From an uncultured Candidatus Rokubacteria bacterium (GTDB lineage Bacteria > Methylomirabilota > Methylomirabilia > Rokubacteriales > CSP1-6), in contig CAVXJS010000021.1 of NCBI GenBank assembly GCA_963762145.1, positions 96,001 to 160,000 of the forward strand: DNA of 64,000 nucleotides, written 5' to 3'. The first letter of the stretch is position 1. Every line of letters starts with the position of its first letter. Below are positions 11,058 through 21,193 of this stretch, one piece after another. The translations under genes and the position numbers were made by a program. The notes beneath the pieces are model-generated. The model searched no databases. It was not told the DNA's origin and was given only the letters and a program-made list of their open reading frames with translations.

Positions 11058-12274
11058 TCAGGCCGGGAGCGTGCAGCCGGTGCCGGGATCGGTCACGTTG
11101 GCGACCTTGTCGATCAGCACGTTGTTGAGCCCGCCCGGCGACCTCCTTGACCTCGCGGACGTAGATGAACGGCTGGATCACGTTGTGGCGTCTTGGGGTC
11201 GAAGCGGAAGCGGCCGCGCGGGCTGTCGAACTCACCTTCTCGATGACGTCCACCAGCTTGGCCTTGTCCTGGGTGTTGCCGTTGACCGCCTTGAGCGCGC
11301 GCACGATCACCTCCGCGGTGTCGTAGCCCTGGCACGCGAACCCGTCCGGCATCTTGCCGCGCGTACTTCTCGCGGAACTCCTTCACGAAGCGCTGGTTGG
11401 TCGGGTTGTCGAGCAGCGGCGTATAGAAGTGTCCGGTGATCACGCCGAGGGCCGACTTGCCCTGGGCGGGCAGCACGTCGGGCTCGGTGAGGAAGCCCGC
11501 GCCGGTGAGCTTGATGTACTGCTTGAGCCCGAACTGGTCGAACTGCTTCACGAAGTTCACCGCGTCCGTGCCCGAGAAGAAGGCGAACACCGCCTTGGCC
11601 CCGGACTGCCGGATCTTGGTCAGGTACGGCGCGTAGTCCGTCTCGCCGAGCTTCGGGTAGTCCTCGGCCACGATCTTGCCGCCCGCGGGGACGAACGTCT
11701 CCTTGAAGGCGTTCATCATGTCCTTGCCGGCCTGGTAGTTGGGCGCGGTCAGGAACACGTCCTTGGACACGTTCTTGGCGACCCAGCCGCCCATGGGCTG
11801 GCACGGCTGCCAGTTCGAGAACGAGGTGCGGAAGATCCACTTCGAGCAGCGCTCGCGGCTGATCGCGTCGGCGCCCGCGTTGGAGACGATCAGGATGGTC
11901 TTGCTGTTGTGGACCTTGTCGCGCATGCCCATCAGGATGCCGCTGTGCACCGGCCCGGTGAGGATGTCCACCTTGTCGGAATCGATGAGCTTCTCGGTCT
12001 TGCGGACGCCCACCGGCGGCTGCATCTCGTCGTCTTCCTTGATCATCTCGATCTTGCGCCCGGCCACCGTCCAGTTCTCCCGCGCGAAGACCAGCTCCAT
12101 CCCCTGGGTGATGCTCTCGCCGAGCACCGCGTAGACGCCCGAGTACGGCAGCACGACGCCGATCTTGATCGGGCCCGATTGCGCACCCGCGCGCAGCACC
12201 CACGGCCCCATCGCCGTGCCGGCCGCCGCGAGCGTCGCGCCGCCGAGGAACTTCCGCCGTGTGACCTTGTCCAT
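11058..12274 (-). CDS. ABC transporter substrate-binding protein (Liv/aromatic-acid type) with Tat signal; several frameshifts ~11190-11360
   Basis: MDKVTRRKFL Tat motif; IKIGVVLPYSGVYA, GPVHSG, FRTSFSNWQ, FDSPRG. Confidence 0.85.
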
Positions 12275-12309
12275 TCCTGTCCCCTCCTTGGGAGAATGCG
12301 AGCGGTCGA

Positions 12310-13146
12310 TTATAGACCGGTTAGGGAGATCACGTAGTTGCCGCTGCCCGAGGAAGGGCCGTAGGCATGGACGGCGGGCACGAAGCGCTGGCCCGACTCC
12401 ATGAGCGCTCCCAGCAGCATGGCCAGGTGGCGACCGCCCATCTCGGCCTCGGCGGTGCGGGTGAACTCGGGGAGCCAGGCCCAGAGCTTCTCGAGCTCGC
12501 CGTCGGCCAGGAGCCGGGCGAACCGGTGGTCGAGCTCCTGGTCCGCCGGCAGGGGCGCCTTCTCCGGCCCCCGCACCAGCTTGTGCGACACGCTGCCGCT
12601 GGCCACGAAGCCCACCCGCTTGCCGCTCTCGCCGGCCACCCGGGCCACGTGGCGGCCCCAGGCGTGCGCCTCGTTCAGATCGGCGGAGAGGCAGACCGAC
12701 ACCGGCACGATCGGGGTGCGCTGGGCTCGATCGAGATAGCAGACCATCGGCATCAGGGTGCCGTAGTCGAGCGGATAGTGGACGTCGTTGGCCAGCACGC
12801 ACTGAAGCCCCGCCGCCTTGCCGCGGGCGATGAGGCGCGCGGCGAGGTCGTAGTCGCCCGGATAGTCGTAGGCCACGCCGTGGATGATCTCGGGCGCCTC
12901 CTGCGCGGTGAGCACGCCTCGATGCCGCGGGGTGCCGTCCACCACGGTGGGAAACGTGGTGATCAGGTGGCACGAGTTGATCACGGTCACGTCGAGCCTC
13001 GCCTGCGCCACGATCTCGCCCTGCGCGACCAGGCCGTCGCGGACCGGACGGAAGACTTCCGACGCGAGCTTGCCCTCGATGGCGGCCTCGAGCGTGCAGT
13101 AGCGCGGGGTGTGGACGGTGAGAAAGGCTCCGGCTAGTGGGCTCAT
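12310..13146 (-). CDS. Class III (LigB-fold) extradiol ring-cleavage dioxygenase, HpaD-like
   Basis: TVHTPR, INSCHL, PLDYGT, ASGSVSH and C-terminal YGPSSGSG match the HpaD/LigB pattern. Start at 13146 or 13167. Confidence 0.75.
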   Translation of the reverse strand: MSPLAGAFLTVHTPRYCTLEAAIEGKLASEVFRPVRDGLVAQGEIVAQARLDVTVINSCHLITTFPTVVDGTPRHRGVLTAQEAPEIIHGVAYDYPGDYDLAARLIARGKAAGLQCVLANDVHYPLDYGTLMPMVCYLDRAQRTPIVPVSVCLSADLNEAHAWGRHVARVAGESGKRVGFVASGSVSHKLVRGPEKAPLPADQELDHRFARLLADGELEKLWAWLPEFTRTAEAEMGGRHLAMLLGALMESGQRFVPAVHAYGPSSGSGNYVISLTGL

Positions 13147-13225
13147 GGGCGGGGCCTCCGCGGACATCCGTCTAGCTTGTCTAGTTCTTCCGGCGGACAA
13201 CCGTCTAGTTCTTCAAGCTCTTCGT

Positions 13226-13261
13226 ATGCGGGGGCCCAGAAATGGCCCCCGCACTCCCCCA
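13226..13261. repeat. Dispersed palindromic REP-like element, copy 1
   Basis: ATGCGGGGGCCCAGAAATGGCCCCCGCACTCCCCCA is the exact reverse complement of 37444..37479. Confidence 0.9.
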
Positions 13262-13297
13262 GTCCGCGGACACTCGTCTCGAGCACGATTTTGGGGT

Positions 13298-13729
13298 TCA
13301 TGGACTTGGCTCTCCCTTGAGGCGGGCGGCGACCCGCGGGGGGATGGGCCGGGCGGCCAGGGCGCCGCCGGGGCTCTCGGGCTGCGCCACCCAGGCGCGC
13401 ACCTCGAATCCGGTCGCGCAGTGCCGGCGGCCGACGAATATCTCGTGCTCGACGCGGAACGTCTTCTCGCGCACCTCGCGCACCGTCGTCGCGATCCGCA
13501 CCAGGTCACCGTAGCGCACCGGCGAGGCGAAGCGCGCCCCCGTCTCCACGATGGGCACCCCCACGATGCGCTCGGCCGGGAACAGCTCGCGCCACGGCAG
13601 GCCGAGCGCCTCGAAGAGCGCCTCGGTGCCCAGGTCGAACCACTCGAAGAAGCGCGGGTAGAACACGATGCCGGCCGGATCGGCCTCGCTCCATCGGACC
13701 TTCACGGCCAGCGCGTTGGCGACCGTCAC
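13298..13729 (-). CDS. Acyl-CoA thioesterase (4-hydroxybenzoyl-CoA thioesterase/YbgC hot-dog family)
   Basis: VRWSEADPAGIVFYPRFFEWFD; GTG start overlaps the ligase stop. Confidence 0.9.
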   Translation of the reverse strand: MTVANALAVKVRWSEADPAGIVFYPRFFEWFDLGTEALFEALGLPWRELFPAERIVGVPIVETGARFASPVRYGDLVRIATTVREVREKTFRVEHEIFVGRRHCATGFEVRAWVAQPESPGGALAARPIPPRVAARLKGEPSP

Positions 13730-15222
13730 ACGCGCACCTGCGCCAGCTCCCGCAGGCGGAAGCGCTGGAGCTTTCCGGTCGCGGTGCGCGGCAATTCGCT
13801 CACGATCCTGATCTCCCGCGGCCGCTGGTGGGGTGGGAGCGCGCCCTCCAGGAACCGCCGCACGTCCGCCCGCAGCGCTTCCGGCTCCGCGGCCGGATCG
13901 CGCGGCACGACGAACACGAAAGGCTTGATGAGCCCGCCGGCCTCCTCGGCGCCCACGACCCCGCCGTCGAGCACGCCGGGGTGCCGGAGCAGCACCGATT
14001 CTACCGCGGCCGGGGCCACCCATTGCCCGGCGACCTTGAAGAAGTCGTCCTCGCGGCCGCAGTGGACGTGCCCGCCGTCCGCCTCGCGGCGGTAGACGTC
14101 GCCGGTGCGGAACCAGTCACCCACGAAGGTCCGGCGCGAGTGGTCGAGGCGCCGCCAGTACCCGGCGGCCTGCGAGGGGGTGCGCACCCAGAGCACGCCC
14201 TCCTGCCCGTCCGGCACCGGCCGTCCCTCCGCGTCCAGGATGCGGGTCTCCGTGCCCGGCACCGGCTCGCCCGAGGATCCAGGCCGGCTCCGGCCCGGCC
14301 GGTTGGAGAGCACCATGAAGATGGTCTCGGTGGCGCCGATGCCGTCGAGGATCTCCACGCCGAACCGGTCCCGCCAGGCCGCATAGAGCTCGGCGGGCAG
14401 CCGCTCGCCGGCCGAGACGCAGACGCGCGCCGACCCGAAGGTCTCCGCCGGCAGGTCGGCGTGAAGCAGGCGGGCGTAGACCGTGGGCACCGAGAAGAAG
14501 AGCGTGGGGCGGATCTCGCGCATCGCGGCCGCCACCGTGGCCGGATCCGGCCAGCCCGGGTGCAGGTACGTCGTGGCGCGGGCGCGGAGCGGAATCAGGA
14601 GGGCGTTGCCGAGGGCGTAGGCGAAGAAGAGCTTCGAGGTGGCGAAGATCCGGTCGGCGCCGGTCACGCCGAGCACGTCCAGGTAGTTCTGGCACGCGGG
14701 CAGCGTGCGGTGGCAGTGCACGGCCGCCTTCGGCGAGCCGGTCGTGCCGGACGTGTAGAGCCAGAAGGCCATCGCGTCCGAGCCCACCGGCTCGGGCGGC
14801 AGCGCGGCGTCGGACGCACCGGCCACCAGGGCGTCGAAATCGAGCGTGTGGAGCCCGAAGGCTTCCGCGTCCACCCCCGCGGCGGCCAGCACCGCGGCAT
14901 CGGCGACCACCGTCTTCGGCCGGCAATCGTCCAGGATGGTCCGGAGCTGCGCGGCGTCGAGCCGCGTGTTCAGCGGGACCGCCACCGCGCCCAGCTTCAG
15001 CGCGGCGAAGAAGGTGGCGGCCCAGGCGGGACCGTCGGGGAGGAGGATGGCCACCCGCTGCTCGGGCTCCACCCCGCGGGCGCGCAACGCGTGGGCGGCC
15101 CGATCGGTGAGGCGCCGGAGATCGGCGTAGGTGACGGGGCCGGCCGGGGTGAGCAGGGCCGCCCGCGCGCCGTGGCCCTCTTCGACCGGCGCGTCCACGA
15201 AGAGGGACGCCGCATTGTCCAT
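13726..15222 (-). CDS. Benzoate-CoA ligase family (aryl-CoA ligase)
   Basis: FWLYTSGTTGSPK, SKLFFAYALGN, SAGERLP, DGIGATE, TATGKLQRF. Confidence 0.9.
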   Translation of the reverse strand: MDNAASLFVDAPVEEGHGARAALLTPAGPVTYADLRRLTDRAAHALRARGVEPEQRVAILLPDGPAWAATFFAALKLGAVAVPLNTRLDAAQLRTILDDCRPKTVVADAAVLAAAGVDAEAFGLHTLDFDALVAGASDAALPPEPVGSDAMAFWLYTSGTTGSPKAAVHCHRTLPACQNYLDVLGVTGADRIFATSKLFFAYALGNALLIPLRARATTYLHPGWPDPATVAAAMREIRPTLFFSVPTVYARLLHADLPAETFGSARVCVSAGERLPAELYAAWRDRFGVEILDGIGATETIFMVLSNRPGRSRPGSSGEPVPGTETRILDAEGRPVPDGQEGVLWVRTPSQAAGYWRRLDHSRRTFVGDWFRTGDVYRREADGGHVHCGREDDFFKVAGQWVAPAAVESVLLRHPGVLDGGVVGAEEAGGLIKPFVFVVPRDPAAEPEALRADVRRFLEGALPPHQRPREIRIVSELPRTATGKLQRFRLRELAQVRV

Positions 15223-15233
15223 CTCGCCTGCGC

Positions 15234-16043
15234 TCAGGCCTGGCCGACTCGCTTGCTCCGGGGGATGGAGAAGCCGGCCGTCTCGATGCGGTCGAGGATG
15301 CCGTGGAACTTGTGGCGCCCGTCGGTGTGCGCGGCCCACACGTCGTCGAGCGTGTCGAAGCCCGCGATGTACCCGAGCCCGCAGTCGGCCGGCTCCGCCA
15401 TCGGCATCTCACCCTTGAGGAAGCGGCGGTGGCCCTCGGCGGGGTCGATCCAGAAGCCCTCGGAGGCCTCGCCGCCGAGCAGCCGCGGATCCTGCCCCGC
15501 CGGCACCGGGGCCAGGAAGAACCGCGCGGTGAAGCGGATCGGGTTCGAGGGCGGCGTGACGAAGTGGGAGAGGTAGCGGAAAGGCGCCAGGTCGAGGTGC
15601 CAGCCCTCGCGGGCAAGCAGCACGTGGAAGGGCGCCTCCTCGCCGACCAGCGCGTGGCGGAGCCGCTCGACGCGGTCGCGGACCTCTGGATCGCTCGTGT
15701 CCACCGGCCGGCCGTCGGCGTCGCAGCCGACCAGCAGGCCCGTCTCCTCGACCAGCTCGCGTGCGGCGGTGACCCAGAAGGCGAGCGGCGGGATCCCGTC
15801 GGCGGCCGGAAAGGCGGCGAGCGCGGCGGCGGCGGAGATGCCGCGGCAGCGGGCCACCGCCTCCTCGGCGCCATCGGCGGGCTCGACCTTGCCGCCCGGG
15901 AAGGCGTAGAAGCCGCCCAGGAAGCGCATGCTCTTCTGGCGCCGGATCATGTACACCTCGACCGGGCAGGCCGCGCCCGGGCGCACCAGCAGCACGGACG
16001 CGGCGGGCCGGGGGGCGACGGGGGGAGACGGCGCGGACGTCAC
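15234..16043 (-). CDS. NUDIX hydrolase (NUDT19-like, putative acyl-CoA diphosphatase)
   Basis: RPAASVLL, FPGGKV...AARELVEETGL with a large insert, HFVTPP..RFTARFFLA. Confidence 0.75.
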   Translation of the reverse strand: MTSAPSPPVAPRPAASVLLVRPGAACPVEVYMIRRQKSMRFLGGFYAFPGGKVEPADGAEEAVARCRGISAAAALAAFPAADGIPPLAFWVTAARELVEETGLLVGCDADGRPVDTSDPEVRDRVERLRHALVGEEAPFHVLLAREGWHLDLAPFRYLSHFVTPPSNPIRFTARFFLAPVPAGQDPRLLGGEASEGFWIDPAEGHRRFLKGEMPMAEPADCGLGYIAGFDTLDDVWAAHTDGRHKFHGILDRIETAGFSIPRSKRVGQA

Positions 16044-17372
16044 GCGGGCGGGACGCGGGACCGCGTGAGACCGGCGAGCTGCTCCAGCAGGGCTTCCGCG
16101 GACACCGGCTTGGCGATGACGCGGTCCACGAACTGCATGGACTCGTGGGCCGAGACGCCCTCGCCCCACCCGGTGAGGATGAACACCGCGGTCGCGGGCG
16201 AGCGCGTCTTGATGCGCTCGGCCACTTCCCAGCCGTTCATCTTGGGCATGCCGAGATCGGTGATCACGACGTCGTGCGCGCCCGGGATCGAACACCGCGA
16301 GCGCCTCGTCGCCGTTGGCCGCGGTCGTGATGGCGTGCCCCTCGCTGCGCAGCACGTCGGAGAGCACGGTGAGCAGGCGCGGGTCGTCGTCCACCAGGAG
16401 CACGCGCGCGGCGTGCTCGGGCACGACCTGGCGCTCGGCCACCCCCTCCGAGGCGGGGATGATCTGGAAGCGGCTCGCGTGCAGCCGCAGCCGCACGGTG
16501 GTGCCCTTGCCGACCGCGCTGTCGATGTTCACGCTGCCACCGTGCCGCTCGACGATGTCGTAGACCTCGGCGAGGCCCTGCGAGGGCCCCTGCCCGGGCT
16601 GGAGGCTCCGCGCGTGCTCGGCCAGGCGCCGTCGCTGCTCGACCGACATGCCCACTCCGGTGTCCTTCACCTCCACCACCACCCAGCCCGAGGCCTCCGC
16701 GGCGGCCCGGATGCCCAGGGAGCCGCCCCGCGGCATGGCGTCCACCGCGTTGTGGATGAGGCGCACGAGGGCGTCACGCAGCTCGAAGGCATTCCCCTCG
16801 ACGGGCGGCAGGGCCTCCATGTCCTGGGTCACCGTGATGACGGTGCCCTTGCGCTCGGCCTCGTCGCGCCAGCGCGGCGCGGTGAGCTCGAGGGCCTCCG
16901 CGATGACCGCGGGCAGGCCCACCGGGCCATAGGCGGTCTGGGGCTGACGCGAGACAAACTCCTGAAGCTTACGAACAGTCGCGGATGCCTCGAGCGCCAC
17001 GTCGCGGATCACCATGAGCCGCCGGCGGGCGGCCTCCGACTCGCTCTCGCGCAGCATCAGCTCGGTGTAGGCCAGGATCGCGGCGAGCGAGTTGTTGAAG
17101 TTGTGCGCGAGGCCGCCCACGGTCTCCCCGAGCGCGCGCAGGTCCTCGTTGCGGGAGAGGCCGCGGGGCGCCTCCGCAAGGCGCCGGCCGAGGTCCCGGG
17201 CCCAGCTGCGCATCGAGAGCACCGAGCGGTCCATCTCCACCTTGGTGCGGCGGATCTGGCGCGCGATGTCCTGGATCTCCTCGTGGTCGGCGAAGAGGAG
17301 AGCGTCGGCGGGTGCGTCGCGCGGATCGCGTCGCATCCACCGGCCCACGTGCTGCCGGACGCGCTTGATCAC
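16040..17372 (-). CDS. Hybrid histidine kinase/response regulator lacking a sensor domain (frameshift ~16280)
   Basis: H-box AHNFNNSL, NAVDAM, DTGVGM; receiver LLVDDD...ITDLGMPKMNG...KPV. Confidence 0.8.
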
Positions 17373-17382
17373 GGCCAGAGGA

Positions 17383-18520
17383 CTAGAGGTTCACCAGCTG
17401 CGCCACCCGCTCGCGGTGATGGGTGGCGTCGCCGAACGTGAACTCGGAGCCCTTGGCCCGCTTGAAGTAGAGGTGCAGGTCGTGCTCCCAGGTGAAGCCG
17501 ATGCCGCCGTGGAGCTGAATGCCCGCCGCCGCGACGCGCCGGAAGGCGTCGGAGACGTAGGCCTTGGCCATGCTGACCGCGAGCGGGGCCTCCGGCGAGC
17601 CCTCGTCGAGCGCCCACGCCGCGTAGTAGGTGATGGACTTGCTGTTCTCCACGTCCACCAGCATGTCGGCGGCGCGGTGCTTGACGCCCTGGTAGGAGCC
17701 GATCGGGCGGCCGAAGGCCTGGCGGATCTTCGCGTACTCGACCGTCATGTCGAGCACCTTCTGGGCGCCCCCGCACATCTCGGCGCAGAGGGCCACCGTG
17801 GCGCGATCGAGGACGCGGGCGAGCGGCGCCCAGCCCGCCCCCGCCGCGCCGAGCAGCGCGTCGGCGCCCACCGTGACGTCGGCGCACGCGACCTCGCAGA
17901 GCTTGCGGGTCTGGTCCATCGTGGGCAGCAGCGTCACCGCGAGCCCCTTGGTGCCGCGGGGCAGCAGGAAGAGCGAGACCCCGTCGGCGCCCGCCCCCGG
18001 CCGCGTCCGCGCGGCCACCACCAGGGCGTCCGCGGTGTGGGCGTCGTGCACGAAGAGCTTGGTGCCGGAGAGCGTGTACCGGCCGCCCTTCTCGACCGCG
18101 GTCAGCGTCACGCCCGGCCGGACCGAGCTGCGCGCTCGGCTCCATCCAGGCGAGGGCGACCCGCTTGTCGCCCGCCGCGACCTTCGGCAGCCACTCCTTC
18201 TTCTGCCCTTCGCTCCCCGCTTCGAGGATGGCCAGCCCGCCCAGCAGCACGGTGGAGAAGTAGGGGCCCGGCGTCACCGCGCGTCCCATCTCCTCCATGA
18301 GCACGACCAGGTCCACCAGCCCGAGCCCCATGCCGTCGTACGACTCGGGGTAGATCAGGCCCAGCCAGCCCTGCTCGGCGAGCTTCTTCCACAGCTCGGG
18401 GTTGATGCCCTCCGGCGTCTCCATCAGCCGCCGCACCGTGTCGGACGGGCACTCGTTCTCGAAGAACTTCCGGGCGGTGTTCCGCAGCAGCTCCTGCTCC
18501 TCGTTGAAGCCGAAGTTCAT
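17383..18520 (-). CDS. Acyl-CoA dehydrogenase (beta-type partner of a FadE pair), frameshift ~18115
   Basis: MNFGFNEEQELLR, RQAFGRPIGSYQGVKH, QLHGGIGFTWE. Confidence 0.9.
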
Positions 18521-18523
18521 GGC

Positions 18524-19720
18524 TTAGCCTTTCGGGAGGCCGAGCACGCGCTCGCCGATGATGTTGCGCTGGATCTCGGTGGTGCCGCCTTCGATCGAGT
18601 TGGCCCGCGAGCGCAGGAACGTGTGCTGCCACAGGCCGTCCGCCACCGCCCACTCGCTCCCGTGGGTAAGCTGGCCGAACGGGCCCTGGATCTCCATGGC
18701 CAGCTCCTGCACCCGCTGGTGCCCCTCCACCCACATCATCTTGCCCGCCGAGGCCTCGGGTCCGGGCAGCTCGCCTTTCAGCAGCTTGGTGATGGCGCGG
18801 GCGCCAGTGTACTTGAACACCTCGGTGTCGATCCACATCTGGGCGAGCTTCTGGCGCATCACCGGGTCCTGGGTCGCCGGCACCCCGTTCTTCTTGGTGT
18901 TGCGCGCGAGGTCCACCAGGCTGTCGAGCGCGATGCGCAAACGCACCTGCAGCCCGAACCCGAGCGCGAGTCGCTCGTACATCAGGGTGGTGAGCCCGAC
19001 CGCCCAGCCGTTGTTGAGGCCGCCCAGGATCTGCGACTCGTGGACCCGGACGTTGTCGAAGTAGACCTCGTTGAACTCCGCGTCGCCCGTCATCTGCTTG
19101 AGCGGCTTCACGGTGACGCCGGGGCTCTTCATGTCGAGCAGGAAGTAGGTGATGCCCTTGTGCTTGGGCGCGCTCGGATCGGTGCGGGCCAGCAGCATCA
19201 TGTAGTCCGCGATGTGGGCGAGGGACGTCCACACCTTCTGGCCGTTGATCACGAAGTGCTCGCCGTCCTTCTCGGCGCGGGTCTGCAGCGACGCCAGGTC
19301 GGAGCCCGCGTTGGGCTCGGAGTACCCCTGGCACCAGATCTCCTCGCACGAGAGCATCTTGGGCGGGTAGCGCTTCTTCTGCTCCTCGGTGCCGTAGGCG
19401 ATGACGGTGGGGCCGGCCATGCCGATGGCCAGGATGTTGAGCACCGGCGGGGCCTTGGCGAGGGCCATCTCCTGCTGGAGGATCATCTCCTCCATGAACG
19501 TCAGGCCGCGGCCGCCCGCTTCCTTGGGCCAGGTCAGCCCGACGAAGCCGGCCTCGTACATCTGCCGCTGCCACCGGCGGAGCATCTCGTAGGCCTCCGG
19601 CCGCGGGATGTCCGAGCCCTGACTGAGCCGCGCGACCCAGTCCTGCTTCATGTTCTTGGAGAGCCAGCCGCGCACGTCGTCGCGGAACGAGGATTGCTCA
19701 GGGGTCAGCGTGAAATCCAA
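18524..19720 (-). CDS. Acyl-CoA dehydrogenase (alpha-type partner of a FadE pair)
   Basis: WCQGYSEPNAGSDLA, NGQKVWTS, SIEGGTTEIQRNII. TTG start with GGAGG RBS. Confidence 0.9.
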   Translation of the reverse strand: MDFTLTPEQSSFRDDVRGWLSKNMKQDWVARLSQGSDIPRPEAYEMLRRWQRQMYEAGFVGLTWPKEAGGRGLTFMEEMILQQEMALAKAPPVLNILAIGMAGPTVIAYGTEEQKKRYPPKMLSCEEIWCQGYSEPNAGSDLASLQTRAEKDGEHFVINGQKVWTSLAHIADYMMLLARTDPSAPKHKGITYFLLDMKSPGVTVKPLKQMTGDAEFNEVYFDNVRVHESQILGGLNNGWAVGLTTLMYERLALGFGLQVRLRIALDSLVDLARNTKKNGVPATQDPVMRQKLAQMWIDTEVFKYTGARAITKLLKGELPGPEASAGKMMWVEGHQRVQELAMEIQGPFGQLTHGSEWAVADGLWQHTFLRSRANSIEGGTTEIQRNIIGERVLGLPKG

Positions 19721-19757
19721 TGCGCCCTCCCACGTTGGTGGGTCGTCGGTCGTGAGG

Positions 19758-19822
19758 TGAACCGAGGTAAGGATGAACGAAGGTTCAGTACGATGATACG
19801 AGCGCGCAGGAGAAAGTGTCAA
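19758..19822 (-). promoter_or_regulatory. Sigma70 promoter of the acyl-CoA dehydrogenase run, with a palindromic operator
   Basis: Minus strand TTGACA (19817-19822)-18 bp-TATCAT (19793-19798); TGAAC-N4-GTTCA at 19774-19787. Confidence 0.6.
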
Positions 19823-19848
19823 GAGGGTGGGGTATACTCGCGGCGGCC

Positions 19849-21081
19849 ATGGCGACGATCGGCATCTCCCTGCCCCGCTTGAAGAGCCACATCGAGACCC
19901 TGTCCACCTACGGGCGCAATCCAAACGGGCGGGGCATCACCCGCTCGTGTTGGAGCCCGCCCCACGAAGAGGCGCGGAAGTGGCTGCTCGGGCAGATGGC
20001 CGAGGCCGGACTCGAAACGCGCGTGGACACGGCGGGCAACACGTTCGGCTCCCTCCGCGGCGAGGGCGCGGCCGTGCTGACCGGCTCCCACATCGACACG
20101 GTCCCGGAGGGCGGTCCGCTCGACGGAGCCCTCGGGGTGCTGGCCGGGCTGGAGTGTCTGCAGACCATCAAGGCGGCGGGCCTCGACACGCGCCGGCCAC
20201 TGGCGGTGGTGGCCTGGAGCGACGAGGAAGGCCGCTACGGCAGCCTCTTCGGCTCCCGCGCCTTCACCGGCAAGCTCGACGCGGCCGAGGTTCCGAAGCT
20301 CCAGGCGGTGGACGGGATCCGTCTCGTGGACGCGATGGCCCGGGCCGGGTACGACGCCGGCCGGGTGACGGAGGCGCGCTGCGATCCGCGGACCCTCCAC
20401 GCCTACGTCGAGCTGCACATCGAGCAGGGTCCGCACCTCGAGGCCGCGCGCCTGCCCATCGGGCTGGTCGAGGGCATCGTGGGCATCCGGCGCAACCGCC
20501 TCACCTTCGTCGGCGAGCCCGATCACGCGGGCACCACGCCGATGGCCTGGCGCAAGGACGCCTTCCTGGCCGCGTGCGAGTACGCGCTGAAGGCGCGCGA
20601 GCACATCGTGCGCAAGGGCAGCGGCCGGAGCGTGACCAACTTCGGACGGATCGAGCTGTCCCCGGGCGTGTCCAACATCGTGCCCGCGCAGGCGGTGCTG
20701 CTGCAGGAGATGCGGGAGCTGGACCCGAAGATCCTGGCCCGGCTCGACCGCGAGTGCGCGGCGCTGGCCCGCACGATCACGCGCCGTCGCGGCCTGAAGG
20801 TGGTCATCGAGGCCATGTCCCGCACCGAGCCGGCGCGCTGCGCGCCCCGCGTCATGAGCGCGGTGCAGGCGGCCTGCGAGCAGCTCAAGCTCCGCTACAA
20901 GCGGATGCCGTCGGGTGCGGGGCACGACGCGCAGAATCTGGCCACCGTGACCGACTCCGGGATGCTCTTCATCCCCTCGCGCGGGGGACGGAGTCACCGG
21001 CCCGACGAGATGAGCGACTGGAAGGCCATCGAGCGGGGCACCAACGCGCTGCTCCATACCCTCCTCAAGCTGGCCGGTTAG
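19849..21081 (+). CDS. Zn-dependent M20 amidohydrolase (N-carbamoyl-L-amino acid/allantoate amidohydrolase family)
   Basis: GSHIDTVP.GG.LDG.LGV, DEEG, ELHIEQGP, HAGTTPM, SGAGHDA. Confidence 0.9.
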   Translation: MATIGISLPRLKSHIETLSTYGRNPNGRGITRSCWSPPHEEARKWLLGQMAEAGLETRVDTAGNTFGSLRGEGAAVLTGSHIDTVPEGGPLDGALGVLAGLECLQTIKAAGLDTRRPLAVVAWSDEEGRYGSLFGSRAFTGKLDAAEVPKLQAVDGIRLVDAMARAGYDAGRVTEARCDPRTLHAYVELHIEQGPHLEAARLPIGLVEGIVGIRRNRLTFVGEPDHAGTTPMAWRKDAFLAACEYALKAREHIVRKGSGRSVTNFGRIELSPGVSNIVPAQAVLLQEMRELDPKILARLDRECAALARTITRRRGLKVVIEAMSRTEPARCAPRVMSAVQAACEQLKLRYKRMPSGAGHDAQNLATVTDSGMLFIPSRGGRSHRPDEMSDWKAIERGTNALLHTLLKLAG

Positions 21082-21109
21082 GGCGGCGCGACGGCCGCCA
21101 AGAGGCGCA

Positions 21110-21154
21110 TGTGAAAGTTTCCACTTGGCAACCGTCGGCGGGATCAAGTACACT
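21110..21154 (+). promoter_or_regulatory. Putative cox operon promoter with an adjacent CRP/FNR- or Rex-like site
   Basis: TGTGA-N6-CCACT (21110-21125) abuts TTGGCA-18 bp-TACACT. Confidence 0.45.
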
Positions 21155-21193
21155 CCCGCAAGAATCCAGCGCCATCTATCCCATGAGGAAGCT

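Noticed and set aside
15234-17372. Apparent histidine kinase-NUDIX fusion (712 aa)
   Set aside because: A frameshift near 16280 joins them. The receiver ends at 16040 in another frame and the NUDIX has its own GTG overlapping that stop.
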